The notes beneath the pieces were generated by a model that had not been told where the DNA came from, made no database searches, and saw only the letters and a list, made by a program, of their open reading frames with translations. 64,000 nucleotides of DNA from Chiloscyllium plagiosum (Eukaryota): the NCBI RefSeq assembly GCF_004010195.1, contig NC_057714.1, forward strand, positions 7,804,492 to 7,868,491. The letters run 5' to 3'. The translations under genes were made by a program, and so were the position numbers. Below are positions 12,951 to 25,245 of the stretch, in pieces; position 1 is the first letter of the stretch, and every line of letters begins with the position of its first letter.

Positions 12951-13049
12951 TAAATCTCGAAGTTTTTTTTTCTTTTCGAAGCATTTTGCCTTCTCCACTC
13001 ATTGATCATTTTCACAACGTAAACACCATTTACTGTTTTTAAAACAAAA

Positions 13050-13420
13050 TCTTTTGTAGGTTGAAGGCATCATTGCCCAGATCATTATTCATTCTGATCC
13101 CTATTTGTCATTCAGACAACTGATCCGTTTGCAAGAGGCAATTAAAAATGAACCAGATTCAGTAGATCAGGACTCACTGAAAGGACAGATCAGTTTGGGA
13201 AAGTAGAGTTACTTCTCTAAAGAATATTACTTAACCATAAGGGATTTTACAATGAACCAATAATGAATTAATCACTATACTGACACCAACTTTTATTTCA
13301 GATTTATTTGCTTAACCGAACTTAAGGTTTCTAATTGTTTCAGGATTTTAATTCATAACTCTGAACCATTATCTCAACCTCTGGGTTACTACTCCTGTAG
13401 CACAATCAATATTTACTGTA
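13050..13420 (-). mobile_element. Very old copy of the SINE family seen at 8.8 and 10.8 kb
   Basis: Degenerate shared blocks: CTTCTCTAAAGAATATT, TTTACAATGAACCAATA and CCTCTGGGTTACTACTCC. Confidence 0.45.
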
Positions 13421-15479
13421 TCTCTTTATGAGTAGGGACTTAACATGAAAGATGCCTCATCTTGGAACGTGTGAACCTAATTCTGTGAAGATCCTCACAG
13501 CAATTGGTAAAACAATCCTAACACATACAGTCATTTATAAGCAAATCTGTAGAATGTAGTATTGTTCAGGCAGATGTTGGCAACGTTTGTTCCTGGAGAT
13601 GGTAAGTTTGAAGGCAGGCAGAACATTTAATTCAGTAAGGTGATAGTGGACCTAAACACCATTGTTTTCCTGCTTCCCCAAGAATTAAATTCTGATAGGA
13701 AGGTTTATGTTTAACATATCAGCCCTGCCTCCAATTGCAGTGCAGTAGTGATCAATTAAAACAAAAGGCCTCATCTCCCACATAGCCTTTCACCTCTTCC
13801 TGCCATTCGGAATAACTCAGCGGCAAGCAAGTCTGTGATGACATTAGACCTGCACCTTTCCCCTACATCACTTATATTTCTCCTGAGTCCTCCATGATCC
13901 TGGAACTTTGTGGAGCGGGAGGCTGGGTTTATCTGCCAGCAGTTATGGTTTCCTCTGTGGTAATGGCGAGTGCAAGAATGGCCTGTGATTGGCTGAGGAC
14001 TGTTACTGGGCACATTTCTCTCCCCAAGACCTTGATTCCAGGGGGAAGTGCTGCTGATGGCCTTACCCCTGTCTAATTGCTGTACGGTTCAGTGGGCCTT
14101 CTGTGGAAGAGGCAGTGCACCAGCAACACTGCAACAAGATTCTGAGACTGAAATGAAACAGAATTAGTGAGGCTTCTCAAAGTGTGTCCAGTATAAATAA
14201 TATGATCAATAATCATGGGTCCCAGAGTTACATCAGGCATATAAATGCAAGGGTTCTCCTTTATCGCTCCTAATTTCAATCATGAAAACTAAAAAAAAAC
14301 TGGATATAGTAAATTTCAACTGCCCTAAATATTTAAATGTTATGTGTTACTATAAGAATTTTGAATAGTAACTGCAAGTACAGTACAGAAAATTGAAAAA
14401 CTGCATAGAAGTGGTAGTGCAGACACCAAAATAACTTTACTAAATAGTTAACACAGAAAAGGAAAACATTACAATTAAAAAGTATTTGTACTTTGAAGTA
14501 CTAAATATGCGTAGCCTGTTTAACATTCACCTTATTCATTTTGGGGATAAGTTTGTGGGTGATGTCTTGCCTAAACTCATATAACTTGGCATAACATTCT
14601 AATTACATATTTAAGCCTTTTAAGAAGGAGCAATGCATTTCAACAGTGTCTGACCTCCCAGTTCCTCACAATCAACCTTCCTTAAAAGGGGCACATTGAG
14701 AACCTCACACAATTGTGTTCCTGATTTTTCCTCATCATTCTTGCTGCTCGTAGTATTGAGATTGGCAAAGTTGGGGGTGACCTGAATATTAATTTTGTGC
14801 TAATATACATTGCACATGCACGTATGGACTCAGACAGATTTTCACATCTGAGTATGAACCCAGCAGCAATATATGTCACATTTTCCACAACTGCCTGAAT
14901 GCTGTGACAAGACTCCACTGAAACTTGGAGAGCAGTCCAATGTTAACTGTTTAAAGGGCCTTCTGGTATATATTGGACCTGATGCTGACCCTTTTCACTG
15001 AAAGGTGGTTATGTGTCTCAGCTGCCAATAGAGGGCTGCTGACAAAGGGCTTTAAAGGAATGAATCCACATAAAGGTAGGAGACCAGTATGGATGCAAAA
15101 CTTGCATAAACTTATAAAAAAGCTACAAGAATTCTCAATACATGTTTGCACATGTCCAAGTACAGTACACTTGAGGAATAAACTTGTCTGACAATATTCC
15201 AAAAACTCAAACTATGCATTTAATGGCAAGAAAGGTGATCTTTGGCTTAGTGATGGAGCAATATTGAGTATTTTGTCTAATAATTGTGATCGAGAATAAA
15301 GGGCACAAGGAGGGCTGTTTCTGTTTTTCATTTCTTTATTATTTCTTGAAGTGAGAAAAATGAAACATCGTATGGCTGACAGTGGTAACCAGGTTCAAAT
15401 TACTCCATTCAATGTCTACAAGGTGTGGAAACAGACATTGGAGAAAATTGCACAACTGAGGAAAATTCCAAGGTACCCC

Positions 15480-15760
15480 AAAAAAAATTTGTTGAAGATA
15501 TGGCCCATGTGTTTCCAGTCGGGATTTCAGGAGAAATCCTTGACCAAAGAGTAGAAATATTGTGGAACATGCTACCACAAGAAATATCTGATGTGACTCG
15601 CATAGATGCATTTAAAGAAAAGTCTAGGGAGACAAATGAAGGTGTAAAGAATTAAAAGTGCATAGTAATAGGGTTACATGAAGGGGGCTATGAGAAAACT
15701 CATATGGAGTACAAACACTAGCTTGGACCAATGGGATAATGGCCTGTTTGTGCACTGTGT
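15480..15760 (+). mobile_element. Ancient CR1 3' remnant
   Basis: ORF 15425-15655 contains QRVEILWNMLPQE....IDAFKE, the terminal CR1 motif. The tail GGCCTGTTTGTGCACTGT lies at ~15740. Confidence 0.55.
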
Positions 15761-17967
15761 AATCCAATCAATACCACAAAGCATTTACAAAGCAACATGC
15801 TCTACAATATACACCTGTCTCATTCCAAATTCAAAACATTGTACTGACCACAATTATCCTTAGAGTGTCCATTATACACTCACAAATACAAACACAATAA
15901 CTCAAGCTGTGTGGTGCACTATTATGTTTAATCTTCATTCACACCTGATCCCCATTATAATTGTGCACATCATTCACATTCATGTGCTGGTCCCATTGAC
16001 ATTACATATTGCACTTAGTCTTCACTTATATGTACTACAGATTCTTATAGTTTAGCCTCTTTCTCTCAGAAATGTAATTTATGAATCTGGACTGGATGGT
16101 ATGACACAACCTACTACTAAGTGCCTTATTATAAGCAAAAACATGTGTGGGCCATAAATTGAATTTATCCCCCTATTGTTCAAACATCATATTTTGGTTG
16201 GGAATATCTCATCCTCATTCTTGACCATCTGAGCCATTCTTGGGAAGCAACACCCTTACTTAAGATTTTTTAAGATTTAAATAGATAGTATTGCTCAGTT
16301 TTAATTTGAGTGTCTCCAGCTTTGAGTTGCATATTAATGAAGGTGCAAAATATTCATGTTATGATGAAACAGAAAGGGAACTTATCTGTATAGACCACCC
16401 CTTTTCTTTATTAGAATAAGTTAAATTTCTGACTCAAAAAGCAGAGGATGACATTGGCAGCAGTTGAAATATTAACAGTTGCCACAAAAGGAGCAACAAC
16501 AGCAACAACAACTCATGTCTAAATTGTGCCAAGTTTGTCAAAAGCAAACAAATTGAACACATTATTTCAAATCAGATCTCTGGAGCACTTTCCTAATCTC
16601 TTACATTTAAGTTTCATGCCCTTTGTTGTGAGGTCCAAGATTCTTTGAACATATAAACGGCTCTCATTGCACCTGCGAGCTAATATTTAATGACCTGTAC
16701 CCTAAAGGGCTGATTTTGCAGTCCCAGCAGGAAACAGTAGTCACAGGAAGCACAGTGCAGGAAATTGTAGGTGCAAAGACTGTGCTTTTCCATCTATTAA
16801 ATGAATCAATGAAAAACCACAGGCTCTGTGTGCAAAATTTCCCACATTACACCCCTGTGGATGTTGTTCCTTGCCGGCAGTGCACAAGTATGGAATCAAC
16901 TCTTAAATCCCTTTGTTCATTTACCAAGTGTTGAATTAGTTATTTTCTTTAGCAGTTTCTCCTCTGAGTCAAAAGTCTGTGCCTTCACCAACCTCTGTTA
17001 ACTTGAGCGAGTAATCGTCCTTTGAATAAGACATTAAACTAAAATCTTTTGAGGAGAACATCAAACAGCCAGGACATTATTTGAGTTGTCCTGGGTTCTT
17101 AGCTAATATTCACCACTCACACCCTTTCCTAACCCCTCTCTCAGTCAAATCATTAAATGTACTAAAAACTATACACCTTGTGTCCTCTGGTCTGACTGGT
17201 CACTGAACCTGTGAGAGTTTACTGCTGATTAATTTTGTCAGATTGGATGGATCTTAGATTTCTAATACTTTTCCAGTGTGCTTCGGATGAAATTTGTTGG
17301 CATTAGAATTTGATGCTTTCCTTTTAATATAATGCATTTGGTTTGTTCGATATTAGTTATTTGATCATTCAACATTTTACCAGTGGGCATTGTACAGGGT
17401 TTAATTAAGTTGTAAGTATCTGATTGTTTAAAACCAGTCTTGCAACTGGCTAAATGAGTATTAGTTCTATTGTCCTTTAATATTTTATCATTATGTACAT
17501 TGTTACATTGGGTGGCAATTTGTTTTCTAGTTACATGTAATCTGACAATATCAAGAGTCTAAGGTAATGGAATGCAATGTCAAGATGTGCTTTCAAAATC
17601 TTCTAAATGAGATTAGCCAGGGATCAGAACTGGGGCTTCGATATTCTTTTGCTGTATGTAAGAAGCTGCACCAGTGATTCATTAACTAGGTGTCAGGTAT
17701 TATTTTATGCAAGATTCCTTGAACATCAGGTTGGAAGACTCCTAAATGTTCTTCCAAAACTTTGTGCATAAGTTTGTTTGGGTATGCCTCCACCTGGTCT
17801 AGTTGCACTGTTCCTGGGTCAAGTGTATGTGATTAGCTGAGCGTTAGTTAAGTGGTGCGCATATGCCAAAGGAGGAATTGGTACTGTTACTTTGCATGGA
17901 TATGAGAAGATTTTAGTATGCACAAAAAGGCAGAAATGAGAAATAAGAACTGAGGATGCTGTAAGTC

Positions 17968-18172
17968 TGAAACAAAAACAAAAATTGTTGGAAAACTCAG
18001 CAGGTCTGGCAGCATCTGAGGAGAAAGAAAACAAAGCTAATGTTTCAGCTCCAGAGATACTTCTTCAGATGACCCTTCTTCAGGTCTCTTGACCTGAAAT
18101 GTTAACTTTGTTTCTTTCTCCACAAATGCCAGACCTGCTGAGTTTTTCTCAGCATTTTCTGTTTTCGTTTCA
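17968..18172. repeat. ~205 bp imperfect inverted repeat (Penelope-derived or MITE-like shark element)
   Basis: TGAAACAAAAACAAAAATTGTTGGAAAACTCAGCAGGTCTGGCA on the left pairs with TGCCAGACCTGCTGAGTTTTTCTCAGCATTTTCTGTTTTCGTTTCA on the right. Confidence 0.8.
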
Positions 18173-18459
18173 AAATATACTTTAAGTACGATATATTAAA
18201 GATGTCCAGACAATTAGTGGATGGAGGAAACAAAGGTCTTATCTGCATAAAAGCATTCATACATTGCCATAACCATCAGTGCAATCGGTGGTGTTATCCA
18301 GATGGCATCACATATCAGTTTGAGGAAAAAGCTGCTTTGGGACTGCAGTCTTCACGGGGACTGCAGTCACCACGTGGTCTTCACGTCTTCCAAAGTTCTT
18401 GTGGGGACGTCCCGTCTTATACCACCTTCCCTCCACTCCCCCTCCACCTCCTCACCACA

Positions 18460-18920
18460 CGCACAAAAGCTTGAGCCCATTCAAAGTGCTTATGTTGCTC
18501 ATCCAAAGTCTTATCCATTCGTTATTCCTGTGCTCACTGGTCTAGCTTGCTCTTGTCATGTTGCCAAATTAAAATCTTCAGCCCTTATTTCCAACTCCTC
18601 TCTGGCCTCATCTGTCCTTTCGCTATCTCCTCTAGACCGTTTCTCTTTGACAAATCCGCGTTCTTTCAATTCTGACTTATTGTTCTTCCCCACCTTGCTA
18701 TCCCCCCCCCGCCCCGAATGGCTGTGCTTTCACTAGACTGGACCCAAAGCGTTGAGCTGTCTTTTCTATACCTCGCCACCTCTCCGCTTATCCACCTCTC
18801 CCCTCTTTTGAGATGCTAAATGATCTCTTCCAACCTGGCTTTGATTCCGACTTCCTCCCGACTCTGCGATCCGATTGTTTTCTTAAGAAGCATTTGGGAT
18901 GTTTTCCGGTGTTGAAAGTG
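18460..18920 (+). mobile_element. Degraded L2-like LINE 3' end; last recognisable transposon before the cluster
   Basis: KLEPIQ.A....PVL..L..LK-like translation, a pyrimidine-rich body, and the tail AAGCATTTGGGATGTTTT at ~18890. Confidence 0.55.
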
Positions 18921-21900
18921 TAATAGAAAAACAATCTGTTTAGGATATCCAGGCATGAGATTGGCGGAATGAGTACCCCTTAGTTGGCCCTCTTGCCAGA
19001 GCTGTTTCTGAGATTGGCTGAGGACCAGTTTCTCGGTCCCCTAACGCTCTAACGTGAGACTGACTGGGTTTGAGCCGGCTTCCCTCTGGGGCGATCCTAA
19101 TTGTACACGCTTAATTAGTTCCCTGTTGTAACAGCAGCTGACAGATAAGCAGGGAAATGGGTACGATTAAAACACCTTGGTGCCTTGAGAGAGTCCATCC
19201 TAATGTAATGATCTTCGTAACTGAAAAAAACATAAACACCGTAAAGATCAATCCCTAGCGAGTGAAAATGGCCATATTTTGTAATTTTTTTGCCACTGTT
19301 ATTTGTATATTATTTATAAAGCATTTTACAATAGAAAGGCATAATGCGTAATGATAAAATGATCTTTTCACCATAACATGCTTCGATTATCATATCCTGT
19401 GTGATGAATTACAGTGGACTGTGCAGCATTGTAATAATTCTGAAAGGGAGGCTTAAAAAGTAACGTTTACGCAATAGTTTAAACAATTCGGAGGCTAACT
19501 AAGAGAATGCTCCCATAGAATTAAGAAATAGGCAGGCACACATCCTCCATCACTTGACTGAATCCGCAGCTCTCTCTCCCCTTCGGTGCTTGATGCCCCA
19601 GAGAGTCGCCCTCGGATCCCCGGTGTCACTCCCTGTCTTTGTGCTCCCTCTACTGTTGATCTGCACAATCTGCACAATCATGAGAAACAGCTCCAGATGC
19701 CCCGTTTTACACAGTTTGCTCATGCCACACAAACTGCTTTGAGCAGTGATATTGCTTTATCGTCACCAAAAAGATTTGAATATGTATATTTTGGAGTTGT
19801 CGCAAGTCGGTCTAATAGAAGCGAACACTTTTAAGCTTAAGTTGATTTTTTATTGGCGTAATTGTGAGTTATCGCTGCACGAGGTGAATTAGAATTTCAG
19901 CAAACTACGAACCGTACTCAATTGATCGAAGTCATTTTTTGGGCCGCAGTTCAATTTGAGAGGTGTCTAGGCATAAATGAAAGTTCCTGCTAAAATAATT
20001 TGATATAATTCTCGGACAGCTTGCACATGGAAATGATTTAAGTGCCTGAAGCTCTCTATTGCTAAAGAAAGTGATTTTTAAAAGAAACTGGCTTTCATCT
20101 ATATCTAAATCAATTAAAGTATGCATATTCAAATTTGCATGCTTGGCAAAATCTACCTGATAGACTGTTTTGTTGAATTGTAAAATAAAGTAAGTTTAAT
20201 AATAGCCATAATTCATTCAACTGAAAACATTAATGAGGGTTATGTGCTTCACATAGTAACATTTTTATAAAGACATAAAATTCAGAATATAAATGAGATT
20301 TCTAACCAATAGAAATATGTGCTTCCACTTTGATATAGATGGATTTTCTACAGTGCACACAGTGAAGTCAATAGGAAACTGCGATGTGTGACTATTTAAT
20401 ACGTATAACTAATTAATATATAACTTTAATATTTCCACACTGATTGAATGCAAAACTGAAATGCTCCGGTTTCATTTGCTGTCTTTACTGACATTAATCT
20501 GTACAATGATTCATAGCTTTTAGTGCTTTTTTAATAGTCTGTAATGGTAACACAGTCACTCAAGAGATTTTTAACTTCCTGGGGTGCATGGCAATGTGGA
20601 AGTAACCACACGTTTGAACTGAAAATTCCATTCGTTTTAAGATTTTACGAGCGTAGCATGAAATGGGATTAGTAAATTCTCGGAAATGTGAATGCAACAC
20701 TTACAGGCTATTCAAATAAATGCATGAAATGAACATTCTGTAACCAACACATATCTTGTTGCGACTAATTTCTGAGCAGGGAAATCACTGGCGAATTGGT
20801 ATTGGTAAGGAGCAACACGTCAAATATGGCGAGAATGTTGGATTGTTGTGCCTGACTGTTAACTGTAAAGAGGTATCAGCAATGATGAAAGGATCAATAA
20901 TCTCAGCATCGGGTTCCTTGCTCTTAATTGTTCATGACACACTGAGCGGCAGTAAAACACCTTCCTGACATAGTTGAGGGCTTTGCAGCCAATCACCTAT
21001 GAGTGTGTTTGGCCTTGCGTCCATGTTTTCGCCGTTATGTTTCGAATTTCTATTCGACAGAACGATTCCCTATCGCCTCACAAAAAGTTGACGACATGGC
21101 CATTTTGCAAAACGTGGACACATGCAATCAGAAACGAACGGCAGCAAAAATTGCAATCTGTCCTACTGGGATTGATCTGTATTACAATTCAGTGCAGATT
21201 GTTCTCCCTTCTCTCTCCTGCGTACACATAATTTCAAATGTATAATACATATAAATAATAGAGATATAATGCACACAGGGCAACATTGGTTTGTATTAAT
21301 TGATCAAGCAAAAGCATGTCAATAAAAAAAGTTCAAGGCGCTACCTAAATTCCGACAAAAAGTCTTTGAAATTGTCTCTGAATTTCCAAAACTTAGAAGA
21401 CAGCAGCGCTAATCACGAATAATTGTAAACATACATCCAAGTTCTGGTTGTTGGGTAACGGTATTGTTGATTAGCCCAATGCCTTTCTTTTCAAAGTTCG
21501 GCAATGATTTGCTTTACTAAGATTAATTAAAACGAAGCCTGAAGGCTGAATTAAATCATGCTGTAGTCACACACAGTGGGCGATAGTTGTGCTTTCTCAC
21601 TACAGTTCAAAGAAAACAAAGCTGAAAGCCACGATCGAAATTAGCGCGAGGTCCACCATCTCACATAAACGAGTTACTGAAAGGTTGGGGATTGATTTGA
21701 AGAGACGGATTCACTGGGGCAGCCGAACAGACAATGTTAAAGAAAAGCACAGCGAAAGAAGGAGATAATTAAGCAAGTGTAAACTAGTCTTGGAGGCCAA
21801 GGACACCACATTCAGTCGGCACGAAGCATTTTATGACTTAGAGACTAAATATTTGTTCAAAAGTTTAATGTAGGTATCTTTGTAGAAAGCCTAGGTGCAC

Positions 21901-22539
21901 TGCCCATTTGTAACGACCAATAAATCTCAAACCTCCCATGTCTCAGTGCTGAATTAACTGGATCAGATCCATTTGTCCAACCATATTTCATATAATCAGC
22001 TCCAACATAGACGGTTATACCCACGTTAGGTAAACTGCATAATTCTGTTCAAAGGCAAATGCGCGTCTGGATTTCCACGCAAGTTAGCACTTCTGATCTC
22101 ATCAGCCTGTGTATCTCGCAAAGTAAATGCGGTTGCCGCCTCTGTGGCCTTGACTCGAACAGCTTGAAGATTAACCGGAGGGGTCTTTACTGCTTTACCT
22201 TGCTATTGAAGTGCACAATTGTAATAGAATGATCCATTTGCGTAAGTGCGTAAGTACATTGCCTTGTGACAGGAATGGTTGTGCTTTGTTTTACAGCAAG
22301 GCGAAAGTCTGCCTTCCGTACATAGATGCTGTTAACCTAGATAAATACAAATCAGGACCAAGTCTTTGCAATCTTTTGAGATATGACTGGAAAAAAAAGC
22401 AGGATTATATTCTTGAAAGTCTTCAAGTAGCTCTGCAGACATCTAGTGGGAAAGTTGCGCTACTGCAGGAGAAACTCAGATGATCTTGCTGGTAATCTGG
22501 AATACATGCACTGTACATGAATTTTACTCCTGTTGCTCG

Positions 22540-22850
22540 GAGTGTCAGATACTATCCTTTCCAATGCACGTTTCAGACTTAGAACTGATGCAGTTCGGTG
22601 ATATTGACATCTCGTGATTGTGGAGTTGCTGCTACTCGCAGCATCTGAGTGTTTGTGATTTCCAGCTATTCCCGAAAGCTCCTTATCCAACCTAAGCCTG
22701 GGCTGATATGTAGGGTCACCCGTGCTTATCAGGAAGCTCTGGGTTCCCACGATCCTCTAATCTCACTGGTCAAACTAAGACGAATACTAATGAACTAGGC
22801 CTGAGGATAACCCGTTGCCATCCCTCGTTCTTTACTCCTAGCGAATGAGT
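22540..22850 (+). pseudogene. HoxA14-psi: Candidate exon-1 remnant of HoxA14 pseudogene
   Basis: Hox13/14-type N-terminal motifs occur in the right order with indels and stops: YYPF (22550-22561), CCT TAT c CAA CCT AAG CCT GGG CTG AT ATG, roughly PYQPKPG-L(D)M (22681-22710; compare [11 protein letters not shown] in this window's HoxA13), and HDPLI (22748-22762; compare RHETLL). Confidence 0.55.
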
Positions 22851-24874
22851 AATTCATAACCCTCCTTCATTAAGTGGCTAAAACAGAACAAATTATCGTG
22901 ACTGGCATTAATTTCTGATCAGTTTAATAACATTTGCAATCAGAATTATCACGTTACGTTTAATTTTGAACGACAAAAAAAATGACTGCTGTGATATTTT
23001 GCAGAAATGCTGACAGGCCAGGTTTATATACTAAAATAATACCACATCCATAAAATGGCTAGGACAAGCTTATATTGTCTCTGACTTCTCATAGTCTTAG
23101 TTCTCGTTTGTATTTATTACATCGAATAAATATAAATTTATTTTCTATCCTGTCCTGCCTGATAGTAAGCCCATTTTCGGTGTGGAACACTTCATTTTAA
23201 ACGTTTGTTGAATATTGCAGTCCCTGTCTAATTCAATGAAGCAACGAGCTACCCAGTTCACCTCTAAAATTGTGTTTGGTAGAAGGTTGTCAGAGTGCTG
23301 CATTTCGGGAATCGTAAATTGCAAAAGAGAAATGTCTCAGCCTAAAAGCGACAGTAAAACTTTATGTTGATGCTATCCTCCACTCAAGTGCCCAAAACGA
23401 TATTAACAGATTTTCATTTTACGACTTAATATATGGCATAATTTTAAATAGTTCATTGGGGTGGGTGTCGAGATTTTTTTTACTGTTCGGGAAGCATTTC
23501 ACTTGCAAACTGGAAAGCGAGAAAATAACCCAGTTATCCTTTCGTGCTTCCTTTATCACTGAAACTTGTAAAAGTCATTGAAGATTTTCAGAGGCGGTTG
23601 TGATCGAAAATGTGCAGATGTTTATTTCGATATTGTTTATACAGATAACCGAAGCCTGACACAGAAAAGATGGTTTGTTTAAATATTCAGTGTCATAGTG
23701 TAAATTCTTCCTAAGTACCCCCGAGTTGATTTTAACCGAAAGATATTCATGCAGAAATATATTTTGCAGTTGCATGTTGAAGTACATTTTAAATAATACA
23801 ATGGACCATTCATTAAACCTAAACAAGACGTTGTTCTCCAAAGATTAATTATTTAGCAAGGTGGCAGACACATTTTAATTAACATATATTTAGTGATGCA
23901 AAATCGAAAGTTATTGAGAGGAAATTGTACCAGTATTCACTGTAATACCTCCCAAGAAACTATATTTTACTTATCTAGATGGTAATAACAAAAAATAAAG
24001 TATTAGGAATGAAAAATCAAAACAATTTATAGTGAATGGTACCAAGACACTTTGGTTCGAAGTTCTAACGTCCGGATTCTCAAAATATGTGTATACAACA
24101 CCGGCAGAAAACAATATTTTATTAAGAAAGATATGACTTTGTATTTGGCACACAGCGAGCTATGTAACAGAAAATAGTGCCAACGCAAACGATATGCCGT
24201 TAAAACAAAACAAGTTAAAAATTCACAAAATATATCTTGTTAAGGATTGTGAAAATGGAGTGGTCTTAAAATTACAAGCATTTACAATGCGTTATAATGA
24301 ACTAACTGATATTTTAGTTTTGACATTTTACCTGTTAAGTGTGAGAAAGGACTATGCTGACATAGTGTGGACATCATTAATATCACAGTGAAATAATATC
24401 GGTTTCTTGTTTTCTGGCTGGTCTTGATTCGTATGTCTTCAAACCAATGACGTTTTATACACACAAACTATGAACTTTGGCATTTGTCATTTTAAACAGA
24501 GCACGTATATGATTTCACACTATAATTGCATCTTCTTGCGTGCGTTCTTTCTGGAACTTGAAAAGATGCATGTCTTACATGAATTTAAAATCATATAGAG
24601 TTTGAGGTAGCAGTTTTTTATAGAATGCTGGTGGTTTGAGATCGTAAATTCAAGTTACCTCAACGCTGACATCTGCACATACATATGTGTACTGGAAATC
24701 TTTATCTGTATTCATTGGGCTTTTGTCATTCAGGAAAAAGCCAGTATGGAACTTTACATCTATTTAGTTATAACGACGAACGATCCTTACATACACTTTA
24801 AGGTCGGAGATGATAATGATAAACATAACAATGAAAATAATTAAATCAAATAATGTGATATTATTCGTTTGCAG

Positions 24875-25067
24875 TCCTGAGTGATCATTCACCCGGTCTG
24901 CCCACCCACGAGCCCAGTATACGCAGGAGAAGAAAAGACTCCATCATCGCAAAGTCCAGACTGCATAACTCCACAGTGCTTTCCAGGAAATGTGCTATCA
25001 AACGGTTGCAATACAACATCAGCCAAAACAAAATACTTTAAGAGAAGTGGAGGAGGCAGAACAACAG
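24875..25067 (+). pseudogene. HoxA14-psi: HoxA14 pseudogene exon 2 (5' part of split homeobox)
   Basis: An acceptor TTTGCAG ends at 24874. The exon reads ...PSIRR/KKRLHHRKVQTA*LHSAFQEMCYQT (KKR at 24930-24938; TAA at 24966 replacing GAA/E15), then NIS in a shifted frame. It ends GAA CAA CAG|ATAAGT (mutated GTAAGT donor) at the Hox14 intra-homeobox intron site. Confidence 0.8.
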
Positions 25068-25170
25068 ATAAGTACTAGGAGATTCATAATGGGAATTATT
25101 CCAGACGAGTTTAAAATCAAATGAACGTTATTTTCTTGAGAGCTCACTATGGCAGCATTTTCTCTTGACA

Positions 25171-25245
25171 GTAAAAATTCTGGTAAAATTCTGGCTTCGA
25201 GACCAGCATCATGAACCAATAAGGCTCAGTCGCCGCCAGCAAATT
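25171..25245 (+). pseudogene. HoxA14-psi: HoxA14 pseudogene exon 3 (helix 3 of homeobox)
   Basis: An acceptor TTTTCTCTTGACAG ends at 25171. GTA AAA TTC TGG CTT CGA GAC CAG CAT CAT GAA (25183-25215) reads VKFWLRDQHHE, and each codon is 0-1 substitutions from VKIWFQNQRQK. The Q at the NQR position is diagnostic of group 14. Confidence 0.8.

Noticed and set aside
24881-25078. 65-aa ORF in the track
   Set aside because: It is an off-frame reading of the HoxA14 pseudo-exon 2, not a gene.
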